IMG/VR virus record: IMGVR_UViG_2740892423_000026
Span: 1-13,814 of that record
Reading direction: 5' to 3' (one strand)
From: a virus
Lineage: Duplodnaviria > Heunggongvirae > Uroviricota > Caudoviricetes
DNA: 13,814 bases
Part shown: in pieces, positions 9,781-13,814 of the stretch
How positions within the stretch are numbered: position 1 is the stretch's first letter
Layout: the number at the start of each line of letters is the position of its first letter
Made by a program: the position numbers and the translations under genes
Notes under the pieces: model-generated
Seen by the model: only the letters and a program-made list of their open reading frames with translations
Database searches by the model: none
Told to the model about the DNA's origin: nothing

Positions 9781-9795
9781 TTATCACTTAAAGAC

Positions 9796-10665
<870 letters not shown>

Positions 10666-10753
10666 CTAATTCTTTGAATTTACATAGTAAAAAAAGATAC
10701 TTTTCCTCATAGTGTGAGCTAATTTTATGTTTCGTTTGATGATCGGACCGGTC

Positions 10754-10794
10754 TCAAAAACCGCAGGCACGTTGTATGCAAGAACGTGCTGTGG
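10754..10794 (-). terminator. Terminator-like hairpin (repeat copy B), related to copy A at 9729..9780
   Basis: TCAAAAA then CCGCAGGCACGTT-GTATGCAAG-AACGTGCTGTGG. On the - strand the hairpin is followed by TTTTTGAG. About 33 of 39 positions are shared with copy A by eye. Confidence 0.45.
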
Positions 10795-10957
10795 CTGGCT
10801 GGTGAACTTCCAATAGTGCGAATATTGAATGATGTCCAGCCGTTACCGTTTTTACGTGTTTATTAGTGAACAAACCACTCGTCAGCAGACTCCTAGGTAT
10901 GAACAAAAGTTTTAGCTGAAACTCTATCTGTGGTGCGCGTAACAGAAGTGTAATAAA

Positions 10958-10976
10958 AGGCCCTAGAAAAGGGCCT
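10958..10976 (-). terminator. Short hairpin downstream of the 47-aa ORF (weak terminator candidate)
   Basis: AGGCCC-TAGAAAA-GGGCCT stem-loop; on the - strand it is followed by TTTATTAC. Confidence 0.35.
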
Positions 10977-10990
10977 AAGATTAGCAAAGA

Positions 10991-11134
10991 TTATCCTCGA
11001 TACTTAGAGGCAGGAATTTTGATAGGAAAGGCTGCCAAGCCTTTTTGACGAGCAAAGATCCGTTTACCTTTGACCGTAATAAAAGGACGGTAAATTGTGA
11101 TGTATTCCTCAGATACAGCTTTTTCAATGGTCAT
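10991..11134 (-). CDS. Hypothetical small protein (47 aa), below the ORF-track length cutoff
   Basis: ATG at 11134 (- strand) to TAA at 10991: MTIEKAVSEEYITIYRPFITVKGKRIFARQKGLAAFPIKIPASKYRG. Weak AGGT Shine-Dalgarno; hairpin immediately downstream. Basic and non-hydrophobic; no motif I recognise. Confidence 0.3.
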   Translation of the reverse strand: MTIEKAVSEEYITIYRPFITVKGKRIFARQKGLAAFPIKIPASKYRG

Positions 11135-11160
11135 ATCGTGTTACCTGTAAAGTTTCGCTG

Positions 11161-11188
11161 TTGACAAAACCTAAGGTAAGCGTATACT
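11161..11188 (+). promoter_or_regulatory. Near-consensus sigma70 promoter (TTGACA-16 nt-TATACT) firing toward the ImmA 3' end
   Basis: TTGACA at 11161..11166, 16-nt spacer, TATACT at 11183..11188. No + strand ORF follows; a terminator lies about 45 nt downstream. Confidence 0.5.
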
Positions 11189-11194
11189 CACAAC

Positions 11195-11258
11195 CGCCAA
11201 GTTTTTCGTATTTGCTTACGATAGGAGAAGCCAGCGACAGCGGTTCGCTGGCTTTTTC
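11195..11258 (+). ncRNA. Candidate small RNA (about 60-65 nt) defined by a consensus promoter and an intrinsic terminator
   Basis: Predicted +1 about 7 nt after the -10. Transcript ends at GCCAGCG-ACAGCGGTT-CGCTGGC hairpin (11230..11252) followed by TTTTT. No start codon inside. Lies opposite the ImmA 3' end / intergenic region of the - strand operon. Confidence 0.35.
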
Positions 11259-11259
11259 G

Positions 11260-11793
11260 TTATCTTTTTGCATTTTTTCTCATCCAGGTTTCAGCCGCTT
11301 GTTGACTGACACCAAATGTTTTGCTTATATCTTCAACAGTCATTGTGGGCAAAACTAGTCTTGAGTCAATTAAGAAGTGGCTTGCAAAAACATCTGCTTG
11401 CCATTCGCTGTCTTCATAGATTTTATGCCCTCCACTAGTCTTATTACGTGCATAGATACTTTGATTGCGATGCATGACTAAATGACCAAGTTCATGCGCA
11501 ACAGTGAATCTCGCATGGTTCTCACCATTGCACACTGCATCGTAAACAGATCGCTGTAAAACAATTTTGTTCTTATCTGGATAAGTCACTGCATAGCGTT
11601 TGGGCAGTTCATGATCTTCAACAATTTCTAGCTCAATGCTTTCTGAGGCCATAAGACCTTCTAGTAATACATCCAGTCTCAGATATGTGTGATTTGATAT
11701 CTGAAGAACGTCTCTCAGACGATGAGCGTATGATTTAATCATGCTGGTGCTGAGAGGTGAAACGCGATGGCCAAGTTCTCGTTTCGCAATCAT
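11260..11793 (-). CDS. ImmA/IrrE-family Zn-metallopeptidase (COG2856-like)
   Basis: HEXXH motif in ..RFTVAHELGHLVMHRNQ... AAGGA Shine-Dalgarno 7 nt before the ATG; start lies 3 nt after the stop of the upstream XRE gene (TGA-ATA-ATG), typical of the coupled XRE/ImmA pair. Confidence 0.8.
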   Translation of the reverse strand: MIAKRELGHRVSPLSTSMIKSYAHRLRDVLQISNHTYLRLDVLLEGLMASESIELEIVEDHELPKRYAVTYPDKNKIVLQRSVYDAVCNGENHARFTVAHELGHLVMHRNQSIYARNKTSGGHKIYEDSEWQADVFASHFLIDSRLVLPTMTVEDISKTFGVSQQAAETWMRKNAKR

Positions 11794-11796
11794 TAT

Positions 11797-12147
11797 TCAG
11801 TCCTTTAACATTTTATTAAGCTTATCGAGTTGCTCTGGACTCAGGTCCTTAAATTTACGAGCAAAAACAAGCATTAGTTCTTTGTTCTGCTCATTTGCAT
11901 CCGACATATCAACCTTAATGGACGGTTGAGAAATCTCTGCCTGTTTCTTGAGATTGATGATGTCTTGTCCGCTAAGCTCAAAAGTTGTTGCAATCGTATT
12001 TACTAATGAGTCCGGTATAGCTCTTTTGCCTAATTCAATGGCGGATAAGTAAGCCGAACTAACGCCTAACAGATCAGCCATATTTTTGAGCACCATACCC
12101 CGGTCTATTCTCATTTTTCTGAGAGTCTTACCAAAGCTAGTTACCAT
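11797..12147 (-). CDS. XRE-family helix-turn-helix transcriptional regulator (ImmR/repressor-like)
   Basis: HTH_3-type helix-turn-helix ..MVLKNMADLLGVSSAYLSAIELGKRAIPDSLVNTIATTFELS... Start placed at ATG 12147 because it is preceded by AGGAGG with a 6-nt spacer (the ORF track starts 9 codons earlier without an RBS). Confidence 0.8.
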   Translation of the reverse strand: MVTSFGKTLRKMRIDRGMVLKNMADLLGVSSAYLSAIELGKRAIPDSLVNTIATTFELSGQDIINLKKQAEISQPSIKVDMSDANEQNKELMLVFARKFKDLSPEQLDKLNKMLKD

Positions 12148-12176
12148 GTTGCGCCTCCTACAATCCATGCTCACTT

Positions 12177-12205
12177 ATACTAAAAACCAAACTCAAGATC
12201 AACAA
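12177..12205 (-). promoter_or_regulatory. Candidate promoter for the XRE-ImmA operon (TTGTTG-17 nt-TAGTAT on the - strand)
   Basis: Reverse complement of 12200..12205 is TTGTTG, 17-nt spacer, reverse complement of 12177..12182 is TAGTAT, about 30 nt upstream of the XRE start. TGTAG-type repeats at 12209..12215, 12244..12249 and 12293..12298 lie just upstream as candidate operator half-sites. Confidence 0.3.
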
Positions 12206-12429
12206 AAATTGTAGAATTTTTTAATCTCAGCGTGTGATGACAATCTACATAAAATCATGAAATGGTGCAAGGCGTAACTTAAAAAATACCACATGTAGTG
12301 TCAATTTTATGTGCTGTATGGATATATGGGGTTGGTAAACTTTTGCTCTTTTGTGCTCCTCAGCTATGTGGTTGTTTGATTTTTGAACATCTTGTGGAAC
12401 ATAAATTGGGTTTATGCTTTTCCCTTTCG

Positions 12430-12457
12430 GTGACAACATGTTTATAGGATGTATAAT
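12430..12457 (+). promoter_or_regulatory. Candidate sigma70 promoter for the Bro-N gene (GTGACA-16 nt-TATAAT)
   Basis: GTGACA at 12430..12435, 16-nt spacer, TATAAT at 12452..12457, followed by AGGAGG (12468..12473) and the GTG start 7 nt later. Confidence 0.45.
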
Positions 12458-12480
12458 CCATAAAAAAAGGAGGGGATGGC

Positions 12481-13242
12481 GTGCAAAAGAATTTGTTACA
12501 ATTATGCTACGAAGAAGAGTGTGGAGAAAATTATATCCGTAGCATGAATGAAAAAGGGCAGATTTTTGTTTCACTTTCAGATGTGCTAAGAACGCTTTCT
12601 GCTGAGAACAGAAAACTGGATGGAAAGACTTCTCAAAGCTTGCTCACTGTAATAAGAGCGGTAATAAAAACTTTAGATCCAGATGAGTTTAGGAATGTTT
12701 CTCTTGTCGTGGATGGTGAAACTATCTCTGAGGTATTTCTTACTGAACCAGGTCTATATAGAGTACTTGCTCAGGATACTACTGCTGCGGGGAAAAAATT
12801 CCAACGCTGGCTTTTTCATCAGGTCCTTCCGTCTATTCGTGAATTTGGTGTATATCCTCCGCCACCTAAACAAGAACGTTCAGAACTGAGTGCTTTTGCT
12901 AACAGTCTGCAGCAGACGGTTCAAGCATTGGTAATGGAAATAGAAAAACGTGAAGAGTTAGAAAGTAGAGTAAACCAAGTTGAACTAAAAGTTAACTCGT
13001 TAGAAAGTTTAAGAGACTTGTCTCAGTTCAGAAGTGTTCCTCAACGATTGATGGAGTTAGGTTTGGATACCTATTCAGTTGAGGAACTTTGGCAATGGTG
13101 TGAAAAATTGCGTAGTGAACGTGGAGCAGAAAGAATTAAGTGCCCCTCCGGATTGAATATAAATTCTTGCTATCCATTAGCTTTGGTTGATGAAGCTATC
13201 GCTATATACCAGAAAGTAGTTGAGGCAAGAACACGTCAGTGA
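12481..13242 (+). CDS. Bro-N domain protein (antirepressor-like; N-terminal Bro-N DNA-binding domain, central coiled-coil, C-terminal domain of unknown function)
   Basis: GTG start with a strong AGGAGG RBS. Bro-N signature ..FVSLSDVLRTL...LTEPGLYRVLAQDTTAAGKKFQRWLFHQVLPSIREFGVY.. matches the conserved F-x-x-W-L/V-x-x-x-V-L-P-S-I-R-x-x-G-x-Y core of Bro-N / Ant N-terminal domains. Divergent from the XRE-ImmA operon. Confidence 0.75.
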   Translation: MQKNLLQLCYEEECGENYIRSMNEKGQIFVSLSDVLRTLSAENRKLDGKTSQSLLTVIRAVIKTLDPDEFRNVSLVVDGETISEVFLTEPGLYRVLAQDTTAAGKKFQRWLFHQVLPSIREFGVYPPPPKQERSELSAFANSLQQTVQALVMEIEKREELESRVNQVELKVNSLESLRDLSQFRSVPQRLMELGLDTYSVEELWQWCEKLRSERGAERIKCPSGLNINSCYPLALVDEAIAIYQKVVEARTRQ

Positions 13243-13261
13243 GCTTGAGGGAAAAAAACAA

Positions 13262-13289
13262 AAAAGCCCGCATAAGCGGGCTTTTTTGT
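13262..13289. terminator. Strong bidirectional rho-independent terminator (after the Bro-N gene; also faces ssrA)
   Basis: AAAAAAACAAAAAA, then GCCCGC-ATAA-GCGGGC, then TTTTTT. The A-run on one side and T-run on the other give hairpin+U-tract on both strands. Confidence 0.75.
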
Positions 13290-13412
13290 CACTCGGGAGC
13301 CGCGGCTCCTTTGCGTATCCTTTTTTGTCTCCTCACCGTCTGGTCGGTGTCCTGCTGAGACTGCTAACTTCCTGTTTTTATTGGTGTTGTCCTTACACCG
13401 TCCAATCATGAT

Positions 13413-13775
13413 TGGTGGAGCTGGCGGGAGTTGAACCCGCGTCCGAAATTCCTACATCCTCGGTACTACATGCTTAGTCAGTCTTTACATTCGCTTGCCA
13501 GCTGCGGACGGACACGCCACTAACAAACTAGCCTGATTAAGTTTTAACGCTTCAACCCCAGGCAGGGCTTCCACGCGATCTCTTTTGGGTTTGACCTCTC
13601 TTGATCCCCGTCCTAAGAGCGGAGGCTAGGGAGAGAGGGCTCTAAGCAGGTTATTAAGCTGCTAAAGCGTAGTTTTCGTCGTTTGCGACTATTTTTTGCG
13701 GCTTTTTACGAGGCCAACCGCCCCTCGGCATGCACCTTGGGTTTCGCAAATCCCGTCGAATCCAGAATCAGCCCC
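13413..13775 (-). ncRNA. ssrA: tmRNA (SsrA), complete 363-nt gene
   Basis: Reverse complement begins GGGGCTGATTCTGGATTCGACGGG.. and ends ..GGTTCAACTCCCGCCAGCTCCACCA. It contains the tag reading frame GCAAACGACGAAAACTACGCTTTAGCAGCTTAA (ANDENYALAA*) at 13654..13686. Matches the E. coli ssrA sequence as I recall it. Confidence 0.95.
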
Positions 13776-13814
13776 AATGTGTAAAGGTAAGTATACCAGA
13801 TTTATGAGCGCCAT

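Noticed and set aside
9473-9787. 104-aa - strand ORF spanning the fiber 3' end, the tfa remnant and the terminator
   Set aside because: Overlaps the fiber chaperone domain and the tfa-homologous frame on the opposite strand and runs through a terminator hairpin; no RBS.
10754-10987. 77-aa - strand ORF between the GIY-YIG gene and the small ORF
   Set aside because: Spans two terminator-like hairpins and the putative GIY-YIG promoter region; starts inside a hairpin; no RBS.
11161-11358. 65-aa + strand ORF starting at 11161
   Set aside because: Its TTG start is the -35 hexamer of the promoter itself, it reads through the intrinsic terminator and it is antisense to the ImmA 3' end.
12150-12480. 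LexA (SOS) box in the XRE / Bro-N intergenic region
   Set aside because: Only a half-site-like CTGTATGGATATATGG is present; the right arm is ATGG rather than ACAG, so it does not fit CTGT-N8-ACAG.
12245-12889. ORFs 12245..12574 (- strand) and 12683..12889 (+ strand, alternate frame)
   Set aside because: The first covers the divergent promoter region and the Bro-N 5' end on the wrong strand. The second lies inside the Bro-N gene in another frame. Both are AT-rich and without motifs.
13220-13411. 63-aa + strand ORF between the Bro-N gene and ssrA
   Set aside because: Reads through the strong bidirectional terminator and the att junction region; no RBS.

Overview
This window is the right-hand (late-gene / attR-proximal) end of a lambda-like prophage integrated beside the tmRNA gene ssrA, taken from a draft-quality assembly with three 10-N gaps. 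On the + strand it carries the tail-tip genes in lambda order: K (3' part), I, J, lom and a side tail fiber. The fiber has a lambda Stf-like N-terminus but a replaced distal portion ending in a self-cleaving intramolecular chaperone domain, with a stranded tfa 3' remnant just downstream. Between the fiber and ssrA lies an AT-rich accessory locus: a GIY-YIG-type nuclease gene bracketed by two related hairpin repeats, a 47-aa ORF, a candidate small RNA, an XRE repressor plus ImmA-type Zn-protease operon, and a divergent Bro-N protein. This locus is the most likely place for an undescribed regulatory or defence system, but that is inference from domain content only. ssrA is complete on the - strand at 13413..13775. 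J contains an in-frame 441-bp N-flanked block that duplicates an upstream J segment and is almost certainly a scaffolding artefact. All homology statements are from recalled motifs and lambda protein sequences, not from searches.
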